Positions 37,406-50,490 of a stretch of 64,000 nucleotides of DNA are shown here, one piece after another. The notes below the pieces were generated by a model. That model was not told the DNA's origin, did not search any database, and saw only the letters and a program-made list of their open reading frames with translations. The stretch is from the human T2T-CHM13v2.0 reference genome, Homo sapiens: assembly GCF_009914755.1 (NCBI RefSeq), contig NC_060941.1. One strand, 5' to 3'. The position numbers and the translations under genes are program-made. Every line of letters starts with the position of its first letter. The stretch's first letter is position 1.

Positions 37406-38929
37406 TAGAAAGTTCTTTATTTAGATAAATACAGCTGGAGAATACTTCTTACAAGTGAAAGACTTTTAAAATGGCTGTAATGGCTCCTTGAGAATTTCTC
37501 TCTTCTAAACCTAGCTCTCACTGGCTTCTCATTGCCAATCTTTTATGTCCAATTTCACAATGGCTTTGACCCAATCGCATTCATCTTATACTGTCCCTTC
37601 TCTCTGCCTTACCCTCCAGGCAAAGAGGAGTACTTGTGATTTCCCCAATATAATTCTTATCTTCTGCAACTTGTCCATTTTCTTTTCTCCTCCTGGTCCC
37701 TAGTCCTTTTCCATGCATTCTGCAATCTGGATGACATCACACCATTCTTCTAGGCTCAGCTCAAACAATTTTTTCTCTGTGAAGACTTTTTATGTCTTCT
37801 CAACCCCTAGCTCCTCTGACCTTCATCTCCTGTTTCTGATTGTGGAGCACATATGACTCAGCCAGTTCAGATGCTGGCACCTTGGTCAAGTCATTGCCCC
37901 TTTTTGGGCCTCAATGCAAGAATATGAAAGAATCCAGAGATCACTGCATGCTATTTTATCAAAATATGAGAATAGGACAGAGTGGGGCTCCATAAGGCCA
38001 CTGAGCAATACCAGTTCAGCAGCCAAATGGGTTGCCCTGAATAACAGGTCCCTTCTCACCACGACTGCTCAGCAGATACCCCCTGGTAGGCACAAGGTGG
38101 CACTGGATAGCACTCTCTGCTCTATGCATGGCATAGAGGCTGTGAAGCCAGTAGATCTGGGAGTCAAGTCCACTTACAGCTGCGTGATCTTGAGCATGTC
38201 ACTTTTTCCAGTGCCTCAGTTTCCTTCTCACTTTCTAAATTTTGAATGATAGCTTCATCAGAGATTGTTGTGATCATATGCATGACACATATACATGTTC
38301 TATACATGCTCCTTCACTGCCTTCTCTGCTAGCTAAACATTGTGGCCACCAGCTTTGCTTGAAAGGCAGGGAAGCCCCCTGTTCCTCTGATATTTAGTGA
38401 ATTCCTAGACAGAGAACATCTGGACTCTAAACCCCAGAGGCTTCCTCAGCTGGTTCAGAGGGCTAGCAGCTGCAGGCCCTCCCATGAATGATGGGTTTGT
38501 CTGCAGGCCCAGGGAAGTGGGCTGTCCCTGCAGGCCTCCCCTCCGCCTCACCCATCCTTCCTGCTGGCTCCATTCTGGGTGGTTCATGCTCTGCCCCTTG
38601 ACACTCTCTGATTCCTCAGTGTGGGTAGAATTGCCTCAAGAAGTAGGGTGGTCAAACTGACAAAATATGTAGCAAATTAGATTACGCAGCAGGCTTTTGG
38701 TGAGAGGTGATTTTAAAGATGCCAGTGATTGGAAATGAACTGGCAGGAAGGCAGCAAATCTCAGAAAAATGTTAGATGGTGGGGATTCTTCATATCAGTG
38801 GATGTTTCTACTTAACTGTGGCTGTGCCACGGCTTCATTTCTTAGGCCTTGATGTTGTCCACCTGAAATGGAGCTGAGCTTTGGATCTGGACAGGAACAG
38901 CAATGGAGCAAGGCAGTTGGAATCTGACA

Positions 38930-39445
38930 CAGCAGAATGAACTTGAGATTTGGAGGGCAGAAATCCTTGTGAGTGACCTGGGGCAAGTGACTTAACCTCT
39001 CTGGGTCTTATTTTCCCAACTACTTTCCAGGGTTAGTATCATGATTAAGTGACAGCCAGTACATAGGGAGCATACTTTGTAACTAAAAATTATCCACAGA
39101 TATTAGCATTTAAGGGTTATTGGAGCATTAAATGAGATAACATATGGGAAGCATACAGTTAGTGACTGGAGCAGAGGAAAGGACACATAGTTGGTGGCTT
39201 TCACGGGTAGTGATGGTGATGGTTTTAGGAGGTGACATGGTGTAGCCCTGCCTTCAAATGCAAGCTCTGTCACTTACTTGCTGTGTCAGAGACTGAACAA
39301 GTTACTTACTCCTCCTAAGCCTTGTTTTTCTCATCTGTAAAAGGGGGCTGATAATATCTTACACTCTGGCAGTTGCGAAGTTCAGATAAACTCAGCAAGG
39401 AAAGCACTCAACGCAATGACTGGGGCACACTCATAAGTTATTTAC
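38930..39445 (+). mobile_element. Tandem MIR SINE fragments
   Basis: gtgacctggggcaagtgacttaacctctctggg and ctctgtcacttacttgctgtgt...tctcatctgtaaaagggg. Confidence 0.75.
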
Positions 39446-40019
39446 CCCTTTGTCAGAAATGAGAAAGCTGTTTGGTTCTAAGCACTTTATCCACAACTGG
39501 TCTCCCACATATCCAGATTTTATAGGACTCCTAGCTCCTGGGACCTTTTAAGGGGGTGAGGATTCCCGTGGATGCCCCAGTATTTTCTGAGGGCTTCTGT
39601 TTCGCTCTTCAAACCTCACACTCACACCTTTTGCCTCCCTCTCGCACCTTGTGCTGATCCTTTAGGGAGCCCTATATGATGCAGGCAATAGACCAGCTCC
39701 ATTTTCTTCCTAGGAATGTGGCGAGGACCATCAAGGTGATCTGCATCACCTTTAGATGATCAGCTATGGTTCACACATTAGTTACTGCTCTTATTCATTT
39801 TACCGTTGCTAATAGAGGGCATTGGTGGTGAGGCCAAGGGACTGCCTGGCTCTCAAGGTGAAAATGGGTGTTAAAGAGAACAAACCAAGCTCACTCTATT
39901 CCATGTACATCTCTTTTATTATCATTTAAACTTGACTTTAGTATCTGGCACCGAGTAGGAATTGAGTGTCTTGCACAGAATAGGTCCATAGTAGGAATTT
40001 GTTAAGAATTGGTTACAGT

Positions 40020-40367
40020 TGCTGGGCACGGAGGCTCATGCCTCTAATTCCAGCACTTTGGGAGGCTGAGGTGGGCAGATCACTTGAAGTCAGGAGTTGG
40101 AGGCCAGCCTGGCCAGCATAGTGAAACCCCATCTCTAGTAAAAATACAAAAATTAGCCGGGAGTGCTGGCACGTGCCTGTAATCCCAGCTACTTGGGGGG
40201 CTGAGGCAGTAGAATCGCTTGAACCAGGGAGGCAGAAGTTGCAGTTAGGTGACATCGCGCCACTGCACTCCAGCCCAAGCAACAGAGGGAAACCCTGTCT
40301 CAAAAAAAAAAAAAAAAAAAAAAAAAAAAGAAAGAAAGAAAGAAAGAAAAAAAGAAAAAGAAAAGAA
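40020..40367 (+). mobile_element. Full-length Alu with long A/(GAAA) tail
   Basis: TSD aagaattggttaca (40004-17) / aagaaatggttaca (40368-81). Confidence 0.97.
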
Positions 40368-41574
40368 AAGAAATGGTTACATTGACTCTTATCATGTACA
40401 TGATGATGATGATGATCATGATGCGTAAACATTGATTAAGTGCCTACTGTATGCTAGGCACTCTATGTGCATGCTATTTAAATTCTATCTTTGATGTAGA
40501 AAGTGTTACCTTCATCTTATGCAGGAGAAAAAACAACAAGGTCAGGGAGGTCAGGGAGTGACAGGCTTCCATCACACAACAGCCCACGACAGAGACCCAT
40601 CTGTCTCCAGATGTTTTACATCCAGAATCTATATTCTTCTCCTCAGGGTCTAGGCCAAGCTGTCGCTGGAAAGTGGTCATCAGCTTTTCAGTGGTTGATC
40701 CCTCTGCTGCCTTGGAGAGCATAGTCATGGGCTGTGAGGCTGCCTCCTTTGTCCCTCATCAAGGATGCAACATTCCCCAAAGAGCCCTTGAACTGCAGGA
40801 GGCCTGAGTATGGGTCTGCATTTTTAAAAGGCGGAGGTTCCTTCTCAAGTGCCTCATAATTGCTGCTATTCCACAGATTGGCAGCCCTGATGTTCCTTTG
40901 GCCTCTGAAAGGTCCAGTCTCTCTGTGTGAAATCAATGGAGTGGCACCTGGGTGGCTGACCTTCTTCAGGCTACACTCCTTACTGTGCACCCTCTGCACA
41001 CTTGCCTAGAATTGCCCCAGTGAGAAAAAAGTGGGCCAAAGAGGCCCTTGGAGGGATTTGTATTTTAAAGAAGAGCTGGAATCTCGGCTCACAGTTCGAG
41101 ATGGCAGGGTTTGGGCCAGGAGAAGGAGAACTGTGGCTTTTCCCAGCAGGAGCTTGTAGCACTTGGCCGGTGGCTGTGCTTGCTTTGTCCGTAGAGAACA
41201 AAGTGAAGAACTCTTATTCCATCTCCAGCAGACATTAATGTTGTTCAGAGAGGATTTATTGGCTCTGAAACCAAAGCTAGCCGTGTTATTTACTGGAAAT
41301 GCCATGGCAGGAACTCTCCTTTTTAATAAACCAGAGGAAAACCTGACTTGTTTGGAGCAGGCTGGTTCACACCCATCCTGGGCTGAGGCACCAAGAGCAT
41401 GGGGGGAGGAACTTTCTTTGCTCAGGCGCTGCCGCCTCTGCCTCTCACAGCTGGAACCAGTTGCTTTCATGCCCAGCAAGTCCAGCCCAGCCGCAGGCTT
41501 CCTTCACATAGCCTGCTGGTCTGGGCTTCCGGCAGCATCTGCCTGTGTGCTTTCATCCAGGAGGATAGGGAAAA

Positions 41575-42070
41575 TGCTGGCCCTGGAGTCAGATAGTTCC
41601 AACTCAACTCTGCTGCCAGCAGTATGTGCCCCGGGGGGGCACTGAAACTCTCTTTGTGAGGTGTGGCTAGTGATGATAACACCCACTTGGGAAGTTCATT
41701 TGGAGGAGAAAATGAGAAAAAGTATAGAAAGAGCTGCTCATGGTATCCGACACAGGGTAGGTGCTCAAAATATGGTAGCTATTCCTATGATCATAAAGGA
41801 TATTAAAGCATAGGTCATGGCAAAGTCAGGCCCAGCCTCAAATCCCAACTCCTCCATTACTAGCCGAATGGCCTATACCAAGTTCCATAAAATTCTCTGA
41901 ATCTTGGATTCCTTTGCAGAAATATAAACTGTACTTTGTTCTGAGGGTTACTGTAAAGATGAACCAAAGTGAGGGATACACACTGGCACTGTTTTTGATG
42001 CATAAGAACTCAGGGAATGCGTAGTAATATATATTTAATTGCTGCATGGTGGGTGTTCAATGCCCCTCAG
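41575..42070 (+). mobile_element. Two tandem MIR SINEs
   Basis: gccctggagtcagatagttcc...taggtgctcaaaatatggtagctatt; second ctcaaatcccaactcctccattactagc. Confidence 0.65.
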
Positions 42071-43689
42071 TTCTTTGTTGTAGGACCCCATGTTAGTCCC
42101 ACGTTGGATCTCCCTGGTGCTGAAGGGTTGTACTGTGCTCATATTGTTGTGGGTCACCTGCTCTGCCAGACACCGGGCGCTGTCTCTGCACTTGACTTCC
42201 TTCCAGGACTCAAGTGGGAGAAATATTCTCAGCAGGTGGGCCTAATTCCTGTTCCAATACCTTTCAGAATCCATCTGAACTTAGGGCAGGAATCTGGGCC
42301 ATGCAGAGCTCAGATTCAAAACAGGATGCAAACAGACACAGATTAAAAATGAGAACCTTTTTTTCGGTTGAAAAGAAGAATCGATGATGCTGAAGTTTTA
42401 GACCAAATTTGTTCTTTTCCAGAGACACTACACTATGGATACGGTGGGAGGCCTCTCTATCAGAAGGCTGGTGAAAGATATGTCTCCGGACCCCAAAATG
42501 GCCTTCTTCACAGCAGGAGGCTGCATCAAAAGCAGTATCTCTTATGCTACAAACACAAGTGATGGATCCATGAAGCTTCAGCCCCATACTATGTGAAGTC
42601 ACATAAGGAAAATAGGAAGGTGCCCATCATGGGTTTGCCCTGCAGACCTATTACATGTCAGACACTGTGCTGCATAATCCACAAACAGCTCATTCGATTC
42701 CCTGTAACATGAGTTTGACTATCCTTGTTTTATAGAGGAGGATATTGAGGATCAGAGAGGCTAAGGAGCTTGTGCAGATTTCACAACTAGTAAGTTCTCT
42801 GAAGCAGGGACTGCGTCATCTTCATCTGTTCATGCACCAGTGGTAAACAAAATACTCAGTACATGTTAGCAGCTTGACAAGTGTTGTAGCAAATGAGGAC
42901 AAATAAATTTTCTAGCCTTGTTTTCTACTTACCCCATACTCCCAAATTTCTTACTGTTTCCCAGACTTGCCATGTCTCTTTCTGGTCCATGTTTTCAGGT
43001 CTGCCGTTCCCTGTGCCTACAAGATCTTTCTCCTGTCTTCACCTAGAAAACTCATTCCCTGCCCACAGAATGAGTTCAGGGAATATAAAAAACAAACAAA
43101 CAAACAAACAAACAAACAAACACCACACACAAAAAAACAAACAAAAAACCTCCCATTCCTTCTTCAAGACCTACCTCAGATGTCAGCTTTTCTGTGAAAA
43201 ATTTTTAAAGTCCTTTCAGTAGAGTTAGTATCTCCTATGTTGGGTCCCATAGCAATTTGAGTACCCCTCTCTTAGAGCACTTATTACGTGGATTTCAAAA
43301 AGTGATTTTATACCCTTTCCTTTCATTAGATCATGAGTGGTTTGAGGGTGAGGCCATGTTGGGATTGCCTTTGTGCCTGGGTGTCTATATCTTGGAGGGA
43401 AAACCATGCCTTGTCTTCTTGGAAATATCCCTTAAGCAGATTCACTTCTTTTTTAATTTGAAAGTAGCATGTTCGGCTCCTACCTCCTGGGAGTGGAAGG
43501 TACTTCCCAGGTTGTTGATACCAAGAAATGGATACGCAGAAAATTATCATGAAGTGACTGGCAATTCCAGGCTTTGTGGCAGAAACTCATCCCAATATCA
43601 ATAGTAAATTGATCTTTTGACTCATACTTTGCTTTTCTGTGAGTTTGACACACGTGGATCAATTCCTCCATGTCTCACTGTCTGGACAT

Positions 43690-44590
43690 CTAGAGACAGA
43701 GTCAGGTTAGCCCCCACCAGGGCCCCACCCTGGGCCTCTGCTCTTGGCCTGACAAATTCAATGTTTCTTTCAATGACTCAGACAAATACAATGAGCTTTT
43801 GCTCATCACATTTTCGGATGACAAAACAGTGGCAGGGATGGTGATTATGTCAGATGACAGAATCAGGATCCAAAATGATCGCAATAAGCTGGAACAAAGG
43901 GTCAACCAATTTAGCAGGGATTAATACTGGGTCCAGAAACTAACTGCACAGGGAGGGATTGGAAGGGGGTGGCGTGACTTAGCAGAAGCATCAAAGGCTT
44001 GTTTACTCAGGAGTGAGTTAAACACAAACCAGAGAGTGGTGTGGCTGTTAGGAGTGGAAGCTAAGCATGCATTATTAAAAGTAGAGGAACTAGAAGGAAG
44101 GAAGAGATTGTCTCCCTGGACTTGGCTGTTGTCTGTCAGCACCTGGAATGGGATACTCACTTCTGGCCCCCACCTGTTAAGTAGGGCTTTGTCCCAAAGT
44201 GGTTCATGTCCCTAGGAAAGTGATCTGATACTGAGACATCTCAAATCCAAGAAACCTAGGGAATGTTACCCTGTAGAATAGGCACTTAAGAAGGAACATG
44301 ATTGCCCTTTCCAAATACCCAAGATTTTGTCACATTGAAGGGTGATTTTGTAAGGCTAATGGACAGATTTAATATTAATTGGTAAAAGTGTCAGCCAGAC
44401 ATATCTCTGTTCTATATAAGAAAGAATGCTCTAATAAGTCAGTGCTGTTCACTAGGAGAATGAGCTGCCCTGTGATGCTAGGATCTTTTTTTTATGTGAA
44501 CTGATTGTCAGGAGTGTTATGGGAGGGATTATGATGTCGGAGGGAAGTATCAACTTCCAGGTGCCATCCACATTTGACAGGCTAAAATTC
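43690..44590 (+). mobile_element. L3/CR1 LINE relic (RT core to 3' end)
   Basis: 43757-43921 translates FNVSFNDSDKYNELLLITFSDDKTVAGMVIMSDDRIRIQNDRNKLEQRVN, collinear with the CR1 RT FNIFIND...KFADDTKLGG...IQ.DL..LE; downstream cacttctggccccca, atataagaaagaa, atgagctgccc are L3 landmarks. Confidence 0.85.
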
Positions 44591-45024
44591 CAAGTTATGT
44601 CTGTTTACCTGTTACTTTAACACTGTGAGTTTCCCTAGACTCCCCCAGTCCAGTGAGGAGGAGAATGGAAAAGTGGGTATTATTAGAGATGCACTCCATG
44701 CTGTATCTGTTCTGCCAAGGGCGGATTATTGACCTTGGAAGAAGGACGTGTCCTTCAGTCCTCTCTGTGCTCAGATAGAATTCTTTCTGTAAGGTTCCTC
44801 CTTTTCCTTTGCAAATAGACTTAGCCCTCTAGGCCAGCCCAAGCCAATCTGAGTCCCTAGAACATGAGCCCAAGTCCCCTTAACTGGTACTCACACTCCT
44901 TGATAACTATGTTGTTTACATTTCATATCCATGGGTCTCATATGCCCAATGCCATCATAAATACCCAGAAGGCAGGGCCATCTCTTCTGATGTGAAGCCC
45001 ATCCCCCATAATGCAAGGATTAGG

Positions 45025-45260
45025 AGTGAATGCTCTAAAGTCAGACAGACATAGGTCCAAATTCCAAATTCCATTTCTCTCCTTTATTAGCTGCATGGGC
45101 TTGAGCAAGACATTAACCTCTCTGGGGCTACTTGTCTGTAAAATGGGAATGATAACAATACCTGCCTCATACTTTGTTGTAAGAATTAAATAAAATGTAC
45201 AAGTGAAGAACTTAGCAAAATGTTAACACAGGTCAAGTGTTCGACATGCATTAGCCACTA
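45025..45260 (+). mobile_element. Near full-length MIR
   Basis: gctctaaagtcagacagacataggtccaaattcc...ttgagcaagacattaacctctctg...gtctgtaaaatgggaatgataacaatacctgcctcat. Confidence 0.85.
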
Positions 45261-46199
45261 ATACTCTGCTGTGAGTATAAGACTGAATAGACTATCTTTG
45301 GCTGCTGCCCACTCTTCAGCCTGGGTTTTTCCCGGGCTCTTCACTCTGGCCTCCCTCCCCAGCCCCTGAGCCCCTCCCTTTGGGTTTCACCAGGAGCTGT
45401 TCTTTTCAGCACCCTGCTTTCTCCTGAGTGAACCCCACCATTTAAGCTGTGGCCACTGTTCCTGCATCCCACCGTCTGTCTTCAGGGTACATCACTCTCT
45501 CTCCTCCCACATAAAACCGTTCCAATTCTGACTCAGATTTTTCTTATTTCAGGGGTAAGCTGTTCTCTCACATGCCTTGCATTTTAACAACTTTCATTAC
45601 TATTGCTCATTTTGATCTGTTTAATAACATGTTTTAAACTAATCTCTTGTAATAAAAGGATTTCATTACTAATGGAGACAGCTGCGTAATGCAGCAAGTT
45701 CATTAGTTTTACTTTTCTGATGAGGCCTGCCGGAGTGAAAAGTTCTGCAACTCTGCAGAGTTTTGGCAGGAAGCTTTGCCTGGTGAAGCTGAGAAGAAAG
45801 AAGTGTCCAGTGTGAGGACAGATCCATAGGCTGCAGAGAGAAAAGACACAAACTCTGCAGTTTGTGTCTGCAAAGACTGGGTGGAATGGGCAGAGGAATC
45901 CCTGTCTGGAGGCCAGGTGATAACTGTGAGGAGGAATGGCAAAGCCCTGATGGAGATAAGATAGTGTACTGTGAGCCAGGGGCTCTTATGATGGTGATCA
46001 GCCAAGGTTTACAGGACCCACCTGCCGGACTGCTCCCTCGCAGAGATAATGACACCTACCTCTCTACCTTGGCAGTTGTCTGTTACTATACACATAACGT
46101 GATATTTACTTATCTAACAGACTGAAGGCACTATGTCTTATTCACCCCTGTATTCCTAGTATCTATCCAGACTGGCACAAGGAGATGTTTGCCAAACTG

Positions 46200-46960
46200 A
46201 AACAAATTCTTTTCCCTCTCTATTTTCTCTCTATGTGCTCTCTCCCAAATATATGCAGCTTCAACAGCCAAGTCTAGGCTGATGACAGAAACTTTTATCT
46301 CCACCCTTGACCTCTAGAGACCCACCTGTATCCCTAGGTGTCCACTTTGCTTCTCCATGTGACTGTCTGTCTCATATTCACCTTCTACTTCATCTATCTA
46401 AAGCTGGATTTCTCACTTTCCCCTATATTCCACCTCTCTTACCACCCCTGAAGCTTTCCAAGAGTTATTCATTCCAGTGAATGGCACCACTGTATACTCA
46501 GTTGAAAACCTGGGAGTTATCCTTGCCATCTCTCTCTGCCTTACTGCTGTGATCCAATTAGTCACTAGGCTATATTGATTTTACCTATTAAATAGAATTT
46601 GAAACCATCCACTTCTCCCTCAATGACTTTACTGCCACCTCTCTGAGCTGCAGCCATCCCTCACCTGGACTCTAATTTATACCTAATGCCACATCATTCT
46701 CCAACCAGGAGCAAGAGTGATCTGTTGGGTCACATACGCCCCTGCTCTATGGTTTTTAACCTAAGAGCAATCCCATTAACATCCTTAATGTGGTCCATGG
46801 GTCCCTGGAAAGAGTGGCCCCTTCTGATCTCTCGGCCTCATTTAGTGTCATTTACTGCGTGACTCGCAGACTTCCTGCGTGTCTTTTATTTTAGTTCCTC
46901 CAACACATCAAGTTGCTTCCCTCAGAACCTTGGCCTTTGCATTTCCATGAAGACCTCTGA
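46200..46960 (+). mobile_element. L2 LINE fragment
   Basis: cagtgaatggcaccactgtatactcagttgaaaacctgggagttatccttg...atccacttctcc...ctcacctggac. Confidence 0.7.
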
Positions 46961-47011
46961 GTGGCTCGTGTGTGACTGGCACTATGCTAAGCGTTTACAT
47001 AAATTCTTTGG

Positions 47012-47043
47012 GGTGTGTGTGTGTGTGTCTGTGTGTGTGTGTG
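47012..47043. repeat. (TG)n microsatellite replacing an Alu tail
   Basis: gtgtgtgtgtgtgtgtctgtgtgtgtgtgtg. Confidence 0.9.
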
Positions 47044-47256
47044 TTTTGACAGAGTTTTGCTGGGATTTTAGCTGCTTTAGAGTTTAGCTGGGTTTACAGG
47101 CCCCTGCCACCAAGCCCGGCTAATTTTTGTGTTTTTAGTAGAGATGGGGTTTCACCGTGTTGGCCAGGCTGGTCTCGAACTCCTGACCTCAAGTGATCCA
47201 TCTGCCTCAGCCTCCCAAAGTGCTGGAATTACAGGTGTGAGCCACTGCACCTGGTC
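47043..47256 (-). mobile_element. Alu with internal right-arm deletion, inserted in a MIR
   Basis: Left monomer intact; TSD tttacataaattcttt (46994-47009) / tttacatgcattcttt (47258-47273). Confidence 0.9.
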
Positions 47257-47799
47257 ATTTACATGCATTCTTTCATTTACAAATCACAACAAAGCTAGAC
47301 AACAAGTACTCTTCTATCTCCATTTTATAGATGAAGAAATTGAGGCTCAGAAAGATTAAGGAACTCATCAAAGGATTCAGACCCAGCTGTGACCCAGTCC
47401 TTGCGGAACAAGCCAAGTGCTAACAGGAGTGTTTGTTGGCTCTTTTCTCAATCAGATGTCCAAGTCAGCAGAGGGGACTTCCTTCTCAACCAGGGAGTTA
47501 GTCCTGTACCAACAGAGAAATGGTTAGGACCTTTATCATTTTTCTCTTTCTGCAACCTCTTTCTCATTCTTCTGGCAAGACACAGACCCTCTCTCACCTA
47601 GCCAGATGTAGTAGGCTGAGCAATTCTGCGCGCCTGCGCCACTCCCACTTTCCGCTGCCCCGAAACAAATCAGATCAGAGTCTCTGGAACCTGTAAATGT
47701 CACCTAATATGGCAAAGACGCTGCAGCTGTGATTAACTTAAGGCTCTTAAGATGGGGCCATTACCCTGGCCCGGAAAGCAATCTTCTAAGAGAGAGGTA

Positions 47800-47882
47800 C
47801 ATACAACAATGTAACTATAGTTAACAATACTTTATTGTATACTTGAAATTTGCTAAGAGGGGAGATCTTAAATTTTTTCACC
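47800..47882 (+). mobile_element. L1M (L1MA/MB-like) 3' UTR fragment
   Basis: tacaacaatgtaactatagttaacaatactttattgtatacttgaaatttgctaagag..gagatcttaaatt. Confidence 0.8.
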
Positions 47883-47884
47883 TA

Positions 47885-48229
<345 letters not shown>

Positions 48230-48789
48230 TCACTGAGGCAGATTGAAGTGATGTGGCCACTGGCCACAAGCCAAGAAATGCCAGCAGCCAGCAGAAGCTG
48301 AAAGAGGCGTGGAATCGACTCTTCCCCAGAGCCTCTGGAGGGGGTACAGCCCTGCTGATGTCTTAACTTCAGCCTAGTAATACGTATTTTGGACTTTTGG
48401 CTTCCAGAACTCTGACAGAATAAATATCTGTTGTTTTAAGCCCCTCACTACATGTGAGAATGGGCCCAGGACTGCTGGCCACACAGTTTTCACCTTTGTA
48501 GAAAAGGTGATCTGATCAAAGTACACCCATACCACAGAGAATGAAGGTGGGTGGAAGTTCCAGCCATCCCAGAGGCTGGCTGCTTACCCTCTACCCCACT
48601 TCTCATGTGTGCATATTCATGGATGGTCTTTTCCCCTTTCTTAAGGATACAGACTTTCATCAGCAGTGATCACTCATTCACCAGGATGGCTCTGACTGCA
48701 TTTCTAGGAATAATTTGGTCCAGACCTGCCTCTCATGGTAATTGACTAGTTCACCACATGGCATAGAGTAGTGCTGTGAGCCCAGGTGT

Positions 48790-49510
<721 letters not shown>

Positions 49511-50104
49511 TACAGGGAGGTCACCCCAATTCTGTTAGTGGATTCTAGGCTCAAAGGGAAATCTCATCAAATATGAAATATTGCTGGGCAGGGTTTCAGC
49601 TAATATGTCAGCAGAGCAAAGACAACATGAAAAAACTATGAGGCTAGCTGTGATGAGTGAGGCTGGGTAGGAAATTAATGATGACTCATTCAGGACTAAG
49701 ACATCTAGCCCATTAGTTAAATCTGTCTGCAGAGGAAAGATCAAGGAAGAGATTTGGAAAGCACTTATCACAATAGCCCCTGACAAGAATATTCTGTCTG
49801 TCTTCATGCATGTGAATCTGTAGGCAAGCATGCATTCCTGAAAATCCTGAGATACTTGGGAAACTATTTATGAACAGGAATGATGATAAGATGAGTTTGG
49901 GGAAATGAGGCTTGAGCACAAACAACATTTTCCAAGGGTTGTGGGTAAATAACAATGATGAGTGAAACACAATACACTTCATCAAGCAAGTACGAATGTC
50001 CAACTCTGTGCTGGGCTCCATGTGGAGCCTCAAGAATCACGGCCTGCTGAGGCCCAGCCTGAGACTGGCACATGCTGCTCCTTCTGCTTGAAATGTCTCT
50101 TTCT

Positions 50105-50403
50105 GGCTGGGCGTGGTGGTTCACGTCTGTAATTCCAGTACTTTGGGAGGCTGAGGCAGGTGGATCACTTGAGGTCAGGAGTTTGAGACTGGCCTGGCTA
50201 GCATGGCAAAACCCTGTCTCTACTAAAAAGACAAAAATTAGCCAGGTGTGGTGGCACACGCCTGTAATCCCAGCTACTCAGGAGGGTGAGGCAGGAGAAT
50301 CACTTGAACCCAGGAGCCGGAGGTTGCAGTGAGCTGAGATCACGCCACTGCACTTCAGCATGGGCCACAGAGCGAGATTCGGTCCCCCTTCCTCAAAAAA
50401 AAA
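50105..50403 (+). mobile_element. Full-length Alu (AluS-like)
   Basis: ggctgggcgtggtggttcacgtctgtaat to gagcgagattc plus A-tail. Confidence 0.96.
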
Positions 50404-50490
50404 GAAGCCCCTTTCCCTCTTCTCTTTTCTTCCTTTAGTGAACTCTTCTCTTTCTTTAAAAGTGCAGCTCAATTGTTTTGTTTGTATTCA

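Noticed and set aside
39729-39758. Small hairpin aaggtgat-ctgc-atcacctt
   Set aside because: An 8-bp arm is within chance expectation for 64 kb
45528-45560. Acceptor immediately followed by donor (tttcAG-gg-GTAAGC), possible micro-exon or recursive splice site
   Set aside because: A 2-nt exon is not a canonical AG/GT recursive site, a competing AG lies upstream, and no host gene is evident
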